Assembly (NCBI GenBank): GCA_036785375.1
Contig: JAWMAR010000009.1
Span: 372,001 to 436,000 of the forward strand
Direction of reading: 5' to 3'
Length of the DNA stretch: 64,000 nucleotides
Source of the DNA: Leucoraja ocellata
Taxonomy: Eukaryota
The translations under genes were made by a program, and so were the position numbers. Position 1 is the first letter of the stretch; each line of letters starts with the position of its first letter. The notes under the pieces were generated by a model, which worked only from the letters and a program-made list of their open reading frames with translations, made no database searches and was not told the origin of the DNA. Positions 40,256 to 51,029 of the stretch are shown in pieces.

Positions 40256-41619
40256 CATAATGAAATATTGATTTTGTACAAAATAATCCTTTCCACTGGG
40301 AACTTAGAAATGTCTCCACTCATTACAAAAAAAGGTTTTAGAGAAGCTTTCATTCAGTACTTGATTAAGTTGAGCCTACCATGGATACTCATTTTGGAAT
40401 TGTTAGGACTATTCTCATTAATATGCCTATTTTCGAGAATCAAACTCAAATTTAGCAGCATGACTAATAAGATTCAACAAGCACGAGACAAATTCATTTA
40501 GTGAAATATTAAAAACAACGCACAAACAGATAAGATTATGAATTTGACAATTTTCCCTGTTTTAGTAATTTGAGGTGAAAAGAAAAATGGAATCTGCTAT
40601 TCCACTTCTGCATTAATTGCTTCTGTATTTGGAACAATTCCTTAAAATACCTCCACCTTCATTCCGTCCCAATCTCTTGCCTCATCTCAAGTCCTTTCAT
40701 TGCCAACCTTAATATTTCAGTATTTGTGGCTCACATGGCAAGGAAAACTGGACAATGCTCCTCTCAGATATGCTTTACTTTACAAAATTCTCATAAAAAT
40801 CAATTTGTTGTTAAGACCAGTCTATGCCGAATGTATGACAAAGCTATTGCATGACAAATTTGAAGTCCCACAGCTCCATCCCAAGATAAATAATTTGGAG
40901 ATTTGCTAATTTTCCTGAATGTAGTCATATTTCAGTAAGTACGATACACAAAGATTACTATTTCAATACAAAATCCAGCCCTTCAGCTTTCAACAGCTGT
41001 AGCAAGCATGCATGGGAACAAAGAACAAAGTGCTACAACCAGCAAATATTTAGAGCAGTCAAACAAACTACAGTAGATAGTAGCCGATCTCACAAGGAAG
41101 GGTGGCACCGCATGAAAATGAGATTGTGTAGCTAACTGGAACATGTGTGCCACTCACAACAGGACCCTCCCCATATGCAGCTCAGAAATAGAAGCCAATC
41201 TCCATCGAGGAAAAGGTTGACTGGTTTAGATCACAAAATCTGCACTCAAAAAAAGCTAACCAAATACTCACATAAACTGCTTTGGCAAAAAAAAGTTTGA
41301 AAGCTGCAATTTTGGATTCCTGTCGCGCCACTTTCCTGCTCAGTACATTTGGGATTAAAAAAAGCAATCTGTACCAAAAAAATGTTTTTCTCTTCCTTGG
41401 CGTTGTAAGAAAGTGCCATTTACTTCTGTCGTTAAAATGTTTTGTGAACTGCAGAGTTTCATTTAAAGACTACTTGTCTTTGCAGAAATATTGGGACAGT
41501 AGGCACATTTCATAAGCCAAAAGGAACAGGAAATTCTGGTTATAGTTCAAATTATATAGTTATTGAATTTGGAGTGGATACCATTTAACCATGCATTCTT
41601 TCATTCAAAGACATAACTA

Positions 41620-42690
41620 TCACCAGGTCTGTCGCCATTAACAATCTAGGATACATCAACTGCAAAGTCAGCTGGATCAACATGTACACCATAGCTGCAG
41701 GAACAGGTCATAGGCCTGGTATCCTTCACTGATCAACTCTTCTCCAAAGATTTTCCATCATCTAAAGCACTATTGTATGACCTAATATTGTTTAGGGAAT
41801 GGGGCAAATAGAATTAGCCTGTATAAACTTGCCTGGCTGAAAGTAGGGCCACCACTTGCCTGGATGAGTGAGCTCCAACGATACTCAAAGATCTCAACAT
41901 CACCTAAAAACGCAAGTATTTTATTTGTACCCCCACCCAATTTTAATGTTTATTTCCTCCACTTATCTTCTACCAAGGACTATAGTTCCTTTCTTTGACA
42001 CAAACTCCATCAACAAAGGTTAGGATGTCAGGCACATGGGGAACACTGTCCTCCAGGTCACACGTCTTAACTTGTAAATAAATTTAAAATTCAATCTGAA
42101 ACAGAGTCCCGACCAGAAACATCACCTATCCATGTCCCCCAGATGTTGACTGACCTTCTGAGTACCCCACCCTCCAGCACTTTGTGTGTGTTTTTTTTTT
42201 AAACTTAGAAATATATCTCTATTCTTTCATAGAAACATAGAAAATAGGTGCAGGAGTAGGCCATTCGGCCCTTCGAGCCTGCACCACCATTCAATACGAT
42301 CATGGCTGATCATCCAACTCAGTATCCTGTACCTGCCTTCTCTCCATACCCCCTGATCCCTTTAGCCACATCTAACTCTCTCTTAAATATAGCCAATGAA
42401 CTGGCCTCAACCACTTTCTGTGGCAGAGAATTCCAGAGATTCACCACTGTGTGAAAAAAGTTTTTCTCATCTCGGTCCTAAACGATTTCCCCCTTATCCT
42501 TAAACTGTGACCCCCTTATTCATTATTGCTGGGTCTAAAATCCTGGAATTCATTACATAATAGCACAGGAAGAGTACCCTCAATAAAAGGATTACAATGC
42601 TCAAGGCATTGATTCACCATAATCTTCCCCAAGAACAATTAGTGGATAACAAATATAGGTCTTGCCAGCAACACCCAAATTGATGTCAAT
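41620..42690 (+). mobile_element. Old LINE 3' remnant interrupted by younger insertions
   Basis: ccacttgcctggatgagtgagctccaac... and ggattacaatgctcaaggc...ttgccagcaacaccca segments; related decayed sequence at ~22030-22300 and, reversed, ~58480-58700. Confidence 0.5.
42229..42510 (-). mobile_element. CR1-type LINE 3' end
   Basis: catagaaacatagaaaataggtgcaggagtaggccattcggcccttcgag..., the reverse complement of the tail type at 509-696. Confidence 0.85.
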
Positions 42691-42839
42691 GATAACCTAG
42701 GTTAACCACCTTAAAATAACCCTACTTTCAGCCAGGCAAGTTTATACAGGCTAATTCTATTTGCCCCATTCCCTACTTGTTTGTGTAACTATTCTCTATG
42801 ATGCGCTAATTCTTCTACCATCTACTAACAATATTGATT

Positions 42840-42965
42840 ATTTATAGTACCCAATTAATCTAATAACCCTCACATTTTTGTGATGTGGCAGGAAACCAAA
42901 GCATCTTGAGAGAAACCCACAGTTGCAGGGAAAACATGCAAATTTGACTCCGAGAGCACGAGATG
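42840..42965 (-). mobile_element. Degenerate SINE core fragment
   Basis: ggcaggaaaccaaagcatcttgagagaaacccacagttgcagggaaaacatgcaaat resembles the HE1-like SINE core. Confidence 0.55.
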
Positions 42966-43139
42966 GAGGAATACAACAAGGTTCCCATGAGCAATAATCA
43001 ACAACACTACTCTGAGCAGTCGTTTGCAAGTTAAATTCCATTCCAGATAAACAAGGACAAATGTCATGACCACCGCTAAAACTCATACAGCTCCAAAAGT
43101 AGACTCTTCCATGTTGAGAGCAAGATTCCCAACCTTGGC

Positions 43140-43785
43140 TAGTCCCTTTTGCCTATGTTTAGCCCATAGCCCTCTAAACTCACCCCACCCATGTATCTGC
43201 CCAAATGTGATTTGTTATTGCACCTGCTTCAACCACTTCCTCTGAGAGCTCATTTCATATACGCATCAACCCAAGTGAAACGTTTGTGCCTCAGGTTTTT
43301 CTAAAAATGTTTCCCATCATCTTAAACCTATACCCTCACATTCTTCAATTCCCCAACCTTGAAGAAAGTTTGTTGTATCACCCTGTTTTTGCCCTTTATG
43401 AGTTTATGCACTTCTCCAAGATCACCTCCAAACTTCCTTCATTCCATGGAATAAAGTCCAAGCCTACACAACCCTCCTCCTACGCCTTACAAGTCCTCGC
43501 AACATTTACGAAAATCATTCCAGCTTAATGTCATTTTCCTATTCCTGGGTGACCAGACTGAATACAACTTTGAGTGCGGCTTGTACAACTGCAACATAAA
43601 TGGCCCAACCTCGAAACTCAATGCCCTCATGGATGAAGGCTAGTGTGCCAAAAGCCTTCATCACCACCTGTGATGCCACTTTCAGAGTACTTATTACTTG
43701 TATCCCTAGGTCTTTCTGTTCTACAATAGTTCCCAGAGCCCTACCATTCACTGTGCAAGTCTTAGGCTGCTTTGATTTCCTAAAC
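43140..43785 (-). mobile_element. CR1-type LINE fragment
   Basis: ORF 43539-43751 NGRALGTIVEQKDLGIQV...LKVASQV..KAFGTLAFI..GIEFR is typical of the CR1 ORF2 C-terminus. Confidence 0.8.
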
Positions 43786-44073
43786 TTTACTGCAGTACCG
43801 AGGGATCGCTGAACTGGAGGGTTTTTTTGTTAAACTGACCACATCCCCTCTACTACTTTTTCCTCTTTCAAATCTACATATGTACAGAAAGAAAATCCCA
43901 TGGCATCATTTCAAAAGAGCAGTGGAGTTGTGAAAACCCACAGCTGTGCTGCTTAGGCACTAAATATGTAAATCTATTTTACTTAAAGATGCAATGGCAG
44001 AACCCAACAGATTCTAAATTGATAGCACATTACTTGGGCTACTTATGTTCATCACTGCAGGTATAATCTACTG

Positions 44074-44280
44074 TGTAGGAAAGAACTGCAGTGCAGATGC
44101 TATCGAAGGTAGACACAAAATGTTGGAGTAACTCAGCGGGACAGGCAACATCTCTGTGAGGAAGGAATGTGTGACGTTTCGGGTCGAGACCCTTCTTCAG
44201 ACCCGAAACGTCACCCAATCCTTCTCTCCTGAGATGCTGCCTGTCCCGCTGTATTACTCCAGCATTTTGTGTCTACCTTT
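44074..44280. mobile_element. Fold-back Penelope-derived element with 15-bp TSD
   Basis: Inverted arms across ~44107-44279; aggtataatctactg at 44059-44073 and 44281-44295. Confidence 0.85.
44173..44200 (-). ncRNA. Minimal hammerhead ribozyme core, sense to FAM117A intron 1
   Basis: Minus strand CUGAAGA-A-GGGU(CUCG)ACCC-GAAA-C-GUC. Confidence 0.6.
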
Positions 44281-45202
44281 AGGTATAATCTACTGATCAG
44301 TTTAAGTCATTTGAAATCATTTTCTTTATCCTCCCTCAAGACAGTCAACAGAGAAACAAATCATTCCTACCTATAGAACTGACAGTTAAACCAAGTTAGC
44401 AATCCATTAAGATTGCACAATAATTACATTTTGCTCAGGTTAAAACTGCTTACAAAATGCACCGATTTTTGTGTTAGTTGAACGTGTCTATTATTTCACA
44501 AGACTGAGTTATAAGGGAAAAAAATTACTGTCGTCAAGTACAATTCAATCGTTCTCTTTTTTTGGAGTAATAAAATATATTTGCTTAAAAAACAGCAACA
44601 TTTAAGTAGCGTTACATAAGTGTAAAATTTATCATGAAATTACAAAACTGTTTCCGATATGAAATGCAATTCCCCTTTCTGTCTCCCCCAAACAATGTTT
44701 CCAGATACATCTGCAGCCATAACAAATGCTTAAATTAGAAGTTCAGGCGACACTTTTACACACCATTCGATTAAATCTCATTGATATTTGGCTTTTCATT
44801 ATTTCTGTTGAGAATTCAAAACAAAATAGAGAAGTGGCAAATATAAAAATACGTGCAAACCATTCCAGAACTTGCAGCGACTACTGATAGGAAAGGTTGC
44901 AATTCCAAGCTTTGTCATTAAGGGGAAGCACTCCTGTGGGGATAGTATACACATTTGGAAATACATAAAGATCATTGCAAACAGAGATCTCCGAGCAAAA
45001 ACTGGAATGTTTACATAGAGAGTAGAAACAGGGGAATGGAAAGAGAAGGTGAGCTGTTTGTTAATCGAAGGCTGTTCACCAGATGAAAAGGATATATTTA
45101 AACACCGTTAGTAAAACTTATTGTCTGCTTCAAATGGCTGGGTTTAATGACAGTGCAGCTGTAGCTGAGGCCGACGGTGTAGACGGTCGGCAGGTGCAGT
45201 AC

Positions 45203-45539
45203 CTTTACTGGCGGCAGCGGTGCAGCAGGAGGAGGCGGAGTGCCCGGTTTTCCTCTCGGCAGACGGCAGCGCTCGCCAGGCCGCCTCTTGCTCGCCCCCC
45301 GGCCCGGTGGAAGTGGCGACGGTGTGAAAGGCACTGCGGAGGCTTGCCGCCGGCGGAGAGGCGCAGACGGAGGGCGGCGAGCAGGAGGGTAGACGCGAGC
45401 CGCCGCTGCTGGGGCCGCTGCTGTTGTTGTTGGCGGCGGCCGCTCGCAGCTGGAAGGGCACGGTGGCTCGGAGCGGCTGCGGGCGGCTGGAGGTGGGCGA
45501 ACCGCTGGGCCGCACTCGCGGCGCCACTTGCGATGCCAT
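45203..45539 (-). CDS. FAM117A: FAM117A coding exon 1 (ATG; MASQVAPRVRPSGSPTSSRPQPLRATVPFQL...AASK)
   Basis: ATG at 45539-45537; carries the FAM117/GLCCI1 N-terminal motif QPLRATVPFQL; donor AAAG|gtactg at 45202; 337 nt, phase 1, matches exon 2; lies in a CpG island. Confidence 0.9.
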
Positions 45540-45700
45540 CGGGAAGGGTGGGCTGTTTGTTTAAAGAACAATAAATTGGGCAGCAGCTGGACGGACTGAC
45601 GAGAGCCCCTAGCTGCTCCTACACTGCCCGACACCGCGTTTCACACTCGCTCTAACTTTCCCTCAGACACGGGGAGGCCGCTCCCCCCTGCGCTCCCGTC

Positions 45701-45922
45701 CCGCCCCCCGCGCTCCCTCACTGGCCGCGCTCCCTCACCCCGCCCCCCGCGCTCCCTCACTGGCCGCGCTCCCTCACCCCGCCCCCCGCGCTCCCTCACT
45801 GGCCGCGCTCCCTCACCCCGCCCCCCGCGCTCCCTCACTGGCCGCGCTCCCTCACCCCGCCCCCCGCGCTCCCTCACTGGCCGCGCTCCCTCACCCCGCC
45901 CCCCGCGCTCCCTCACTGGCCG
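45701..45922. repeat. 39-bp GC-rich minisatellite, about 5.7 copies
   Basis: Unit CCGCCCCCCGCGCTCCCTCACTGGCCGCGCTCCCTCACC starting at 45701, 45740, 45779, 45818, 45857 and 45896 (partial). Confidence 0.95.
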
Positions 45923-46960
45923 CTCCCCGCGCTCCTTCATTGTTCGTGCGCTCCCTCACTACCCCCCTCTCCCCGGGGCGCTCCATCACTCTCCGCTTCC
46001 CATTGGCCGCTTCAGGGAAGGCGGGCCCTGCCTCCAAGTACCTCGTTCCCATTGGATCGGCGCCACGTCACTCCAGGGGGTTGTCCTCACCTCTGGCCTG
46101 TGATTGGGCGAGCGACATGAAACGCGCCATGGCAACGCTGACAGATGACGCCACATCCAGATGCGCCCGCCCCCCCTTCACGTGACCTCTTCCCGGTGAG
46201 TTTTACTACCAGACTATGACGTCATAGCAATAATAACAAGAGGGGAAAAATACTTTCTCTTTCCCTAATGAACCCAGGTTGAAGAATTTTGGTTATTGCA
46301 ATTCAGAAAGCACACCTGCCATAGATTTGTCCCGGCGGTTCGTGCATTGTTTTTATTTTATATTTCCTGTTACATCCGCCTGAGCTGACATTATCTTCCA
46401 TCAGCAAAGACATTAAGATCAGGTCACTACTAGATTCAGGACTGTCAACCCTATTATAATCCTTATATATTTCCAGTTGCCAGCATTTCCGGTGTGTAAG
46501 GGCCTAGTGTTGCCAGACTGTGTATGCAGTACACCACAAAGCTTTTGCCTGCTCTGATTCTTCCTTTGAAAATAAACACACTGGGTTCAGGCCTTATATC
46601 CTGATCTGGTGTTGTGTTTAAATGTCATATGTACCAATAACACAGCAAGGAAAATCATCCTTGCAGCATTGTAACAGTCCTGTAAACACAGTACTCATAA
46701 ATAACATAATAAATTAAAAAAAATATTTATATTCAATAAATTGATGGCTATGCCCTTAATAGGAATTTGGTGGAAACCCTGCCAGTCATTGTGGAGGATG
46801 TCTAGTATGTTGTGCAAAATCTAAATTGTACACTAAATATTTGGTTCTGCTGAAAGATCTGAATTGCCTGAAGACTCAATTTTGTTTATTTTTCCACATA
46901 TATCATTTTAATTGGATATTGGTAGCTTCTTGATTAGTAATGGTGTCAATGGCCTAATTC

Positions 46961-47290
46961 TGTTTAGTTTAGTTTAGAGATACAGGCTCTTCAGCCCACC
47001 GAGTCCGCACTGACCAGCGATCCCCGAACATTAACATGTTACTACACACACTAGGGACAATTGAATATTTATACCAAGCCAATTAACCTACAAACCTACA
47101 AACCTAAGTCTGAAGAAGGGTTTCGGCCCGAAACGTTGCCTATTTCCTTCGCTCCATAGATGCTGCTGCACCCGCTGAGTTTCATCCAGCTTTTTTGTGT
47201 AACCTAACCTACAAACCTGTTGGTCTTTGGGAGGAAACCGAAGATCTGGGAGAAAACCCATGCAGGTCATGGGGAGAACGTACAAACTCC
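46961..47290 (-). mobile_element. HE1-like SINE interrupted by a Penelope-derived insert (~47107-47205, + strand hammerhead core 47110-47137)
   Basis: (TTTAG)n tail, core ggaggaaaccgaagatc..gagaaaaccca; insert CTGAAGAAGGGTTTCGGCCCGAAACGTT flanked by repeated aacctacaaacct. Confidence 0.8.
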
Positions 47291-47464
47291 CTCCGCAAAT
47301 GTTACAGGCCTTTAGTTAAAGCAACCTTATTGTGTTAATGCAATCACTAGATTAAAGTTATCACATCAGAACGTTTGATCTGTCTCAATAGGACATGATA
47401 ATCCAATGGTGACAAAATTTAAGTTGATAAGCCAAGATGAACAAGCTACCTCACCCAGGTATCT

Positions 47465-47620
47465 GATAGATGATGACAGATATATACTGCAGAGAGGTGA
47501 TTACTGCAGATGGTAGGATCAAAAGCTGCAAAGATAGCGTGAAGACCAATCTTAATAAAATATCTATCCCAATGCATACACTGATCGGAATGCAATCCCT
47601 GCGACGATACAGTGGTTTAA
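47465..47620 (+). mobile_element. Possible ancient RTE-type LINE remnant
   Basis: Decayed translation ...DGRIKSCKDSVKTNLNKISIP resembles the RTE C-terminal (G..KKRYKD.LK..LK...I) pattern. Confidence 0.3.
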
Positions 47621-48781
47621 TAAAGATGAAGCAGGTTTTCCTTAGTTAGCCTGTGCATGGCGGCCCAAAGGAAATCTCGGGAAGATTAGTCTTCAAGTGA
47701 ATTGGACATATCACATTGTGTGTGTGTGTGGGAGAATATTCCACTCAAAATTCTAGCTTTACCTTCAAATGAGAACCTTCAAGCTTTATTCAATTTGAGT
47801 TTAATCATAGTGTGTCATCATCATCATAGTCAATAAGAGATAAAACATCATGATATTTTTATCCTCTTATAATTCTCCTAGAGTAATGTGTTTTATTCTT
47901 GTCAACGGTTCATCAAATATACTAATGTGATTGCTTTATTAGATTGCAAGCCAGTTGTCGTACTTAGTTCCTTCCCAGCGGTAACTAGTTGATCATCTTC
48001 TTATTTCCAAGTCTCTATTTATTTTTCTCAAGTAACATCCATAGATAGAAAATAAGGCCCACAATGAAATTTGCATTCGCCATTCTTCAGTCATGAAGAT
48101 GCAGCCCCATCACATCACAAAAAACACAATAAATGCTAAGTAATCAGGAAATATATTTAGGTTCAAAAAATGGAAACATAACGTACATTCTTAGTGCGAC
48201 AAATATGTCTGCAAAGTAAAGGTTTTGACACTAACACACACAACTGAAAAGCCAGTAAACAAGGAATAGGAATCCAAGGAAAGACACAAAGTGTTGGGGG
48301 TAACTCAGCAGGTCTGGAGGCATCCCTAGGGAACATGGATAGAAGATGTTTCCGGTCGGGACCCTTCAGGATCGAGAAGAAGGGTCCCGATGCGAGATGT
48401 CACCTACCCATGTTCTCCAGGTTTGGCCTCCTAAGTTATTCCAGCACTTTGTATCTATCCTAGGTAAACCAGCATCGATTCCTTGTTTCTACATTGTGAA
48501 AAAGATTTCAGATTGGATTGTGTATAGAAGAGAACCTATGGGAAGCACTTTTGGTTTGTCTTTGAGGAAGGCAGTAGTGAAGAAGGATATGAGTTTAAAG
48601 GAGTGGAACAATAAATAATTGGACGAGAAACATATTATTGAAAGAATGGTTGGTTCATGGGAGATATGCCGAAGGATGAATGGCTGTTACCACGTGGAGA
48701 GTGCTTTAAAATAATTTATCTATACAGTGCTGTGAATGGAAATATATTTAATCAGTTTGTCATTTTATAACAGAACAGAGC

Positions 48782-48993
48782 AGATAGACACAAAAACTGG
48801 AGTAGCTCAGCTGGACAGGCAGCATCTCTGGAGAGAAGGAATGGATGATGTTGCGGTCGAGACTCTTCTTCAGACTGGAGTCTGAAAACGTCACCCATTC
48901 CTTCTCTCCAGCGATGCTGCCTGTCCCGCTGAGTTACTCCAGCTTTTAGTGTCTATCTTCGGTTTAAACCAGCATCTGCAGTTCCTTCCTACA
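48782..48993. mobile_element. Fold-back Penelope-derived short element
   Basis: agatagacac..ctggagtagctcagc..gcagcatctctggagagaaggaatgg pairs with ccattccttctctccagcgatgctgc...gtgtctatct. Confidence 0.8.
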
Positions 48994-49239
48994 TAGAACA
49001 TCTTCAGCCAACAATGTCTGTGCCAAACATGATTTAAATTTAAACTGGACATTTACCTACACATGGTCTATATCCCTCCTATCCCTGACTGTCCATGTGT
49101 TTGTCTAAAATGCTCTTAAATGTCGCTATTTGCCACCTCCCCAGCAGTTCATTCCAGGCATCTATTACTCTGTGTAAAAAACATTGCCTCGTAAAGCTCC
49201 TTTAAACTTACCCCCTCTCACCTCAAACCTATGCCCTCA

Positions 49240-49720
49240 CAGATTGGTTTGGGAACTGCTCCATCCAGGACTAAGAAATTGCAGCAAATTGGTGATGCAG
49301 CCCAGGCCATCAACTTCCCTTCTATTGATTCCATTTATACGTTGCGTTGCCTCGGCAAGGCCAGCAGCGTAATCAAGGACGAGTTGCACCCAGGTCACTC
49401 CCTCTTCTCCCCTCTTCCATCAGGCAAAAGGTATAGAAGTGTGAAAATGCACACCATCAGATTCAAGAACAGTTTCTTCCCAGCTGTTATCAGGCAACCG
49501 AATCATCCTACCACAACCAGAGAGCACTGCTGAACTACTATCTATCTCTTTGATGTCCCTCGGACTATCCTTGATCGGACTTTGCTGGCTTTGTCTTGCA
49601 CTAAACATTATTCCCTTAACATGTATCTACACACCGTAAAAGGTTTGATTGTAATCATGTATTGTCTTTCTGCTGACTGGTTAGCACACAACTAAAAGTT
49701 TTTCAGTGTACCTCGGTACG
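49240..49720 (+). mobile_element. Rex1/Babar-type LINE 3' fragment
   Basis: ORF 49231-49533 FPSIDSIYTLRCLGKASSVIKDELHPGHSLFSPLPSGKRYRS...RFKNSFFPAVIR. Confidence 0.85.
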
Positions 49721-49728
49721 ACATTAGT

Positions 49729-50045
49729 GGGCAGTCACGGTGGCACAGCGGTAGAGTTGCTGCCTTACAGTGAATGCAGTGTCGGAGACCCGGGTTCGAT
49801 CCCGGCTACAGGTGCTGTCTGTACGTTCTCCCCGTGACTTGCGTGGGTTTTCTCTGAGATCTTCGGTTTCCTCCCACACTCCAAAGACTTACAGGTTTGT
49901 AGGTTAGTAAATGTAAAAATTGTCCCTAGTGGGTGTAGGATAGTGTTAATGTGCGGGGGATTGGTGGTTGGCGCGGGCCCGGTGGGCCGAAGGGCCTGTT
50001 TTTGCGCTGTATCTCTAAACTAAACTAAAATTAAACTAAACTGAA
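49729..50045 (+). mobile_element. Near full-length tRNA-derived SINE (HE1-like)
   Basis: A-box-like tggcacagcggt, B-box ggttcgatccc, central core gtgggttttctc..cggtttcctcccacactccaaag, CR1-like tail gggccgaagggcctgt and (AAACT)n. Confidence 0.88.
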
Positions 50046-50364
50046 CGGAACTATTTTATTCCGAGAAACATAGTAATTCATTTACCAGTTCTTCTGAGAC
50101 ACAAAAGGGAGTTTAACTGAAAAGTACTGGGTAACTTGCCGTCAGAATAAGATAAGTGATTAACCTCTGCCTGTTTGACCCAATGCAACAAACTCACAAT
50201 ATCATGTCAAACTTGTTGTTTATTTTCATTGGCATCACCCACAGGGTCCAATTCCATAACCGGTTAGCACAAGCTGTAGTTAGCCACCACGGATTGAGCT
50301 TTTGTCTGCATCTCTTAAAGGGGCAGTTTTGAATATCAGATGGGCGTTATTTCACAGATTTGGG

Positions 50365-50600
50365 AATGTTGGCGGAAGCAAAGGGGAGAGGCAGACTCCC
50401 TCATCTTCCGACACCCCTCAGGATTCTTTTGGGAGACAAAGAGGGGGGTTTTCTATCTGTATGGCACCTGGAAGACAGGCAAACGGCCATGCTGCAGTGG
50501 AAGGAGATCACAACCAAGGATAATGCCAAGAGAGAGGTACCAAGGACATAAGCACAATGCTGCATGCTGTTTACTGATCTCACATACTTGGCAATGATCA
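50365..50600 (+). pseudogene. Decayed Myb/SANT-like (trihelix) coding remnant, probably from a PIF/Harbinger transposon
   Basis: LQWKEITTKDNAKREVPRT*AQCCMLFTDLT fits the W..I...vNa....pRt..qc.k.f.dl pattern; the upstream part is frameshifted. Confidence 0.55.
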
Positions 50601-51029
50601 ATGAAGATGTTGTCTCATACCTCAGCAATTGTACCACTTGCCTTACTAACTATCCCATGTCATGTACCCTCTAAATATGCCAAGTAACCATCTCTAGTAC
50701 TCGGATTCCCCAATCAACATTCATGTTGATAAACACCAGTTTACCCATGCCTGATTTAACACATGGTGTCAGCTGAGTAGTCACGCTCCGGTTAGTCAAG
50801 GCTGGCACTAAATCAGCATTGTTTAGAAACTGCCAACCTCCCCCTCTCCATATTCCCAGCATAAACTCCCAAAGCAGATTCCATCAATAAACCAATTTGT
50901 CGTTTTAACCCGAATGAAGTAAATGTGGCTCAGTGAAAATTTAATGCAAGTCATATCCATACCTGTGCTAAAACAATTTAACACCCTCCCCAAATAATTT
51001 ATTGCTCGGATATTTTGTGAGCGGGGCGA

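Larger units (their letters stand above)
45170..46230. promoter_or_regulatory. CpG island / FAM117A promoter
   Basis: Abrupt GC- and CpG-rich block in AT-rich DNA covering exon 1; three CCAAT boxes (ATTGG at 46002, 46051, 46103), TGACGTGG (minus, 46070-46063), GC box ~46164, TCACGTGAC 46178-46186, full CRE TGACGTCA 46217-46224. Confidence 0.85.

Noticed and set aside
45083-45634. Long ORFs 45083-45574(+) and 45098-45634(-) overlapping exon 1
   Set aside because: Antisense or alternative frames in a stop-poor CpG island; only the 45539 frame has family motifs and splice-phase continuity
45701-45922. Regular repeat array as a CRISPR
   Set aside because: Head-to-tail identical units with no unique spacers, no cas genes, vertebrate context
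49729-49810. tRNA gene (also ~60352-60425)
   Set aside because: A/B boxes run straight into SINE body sequence; these are tRNA-derived SINE heads
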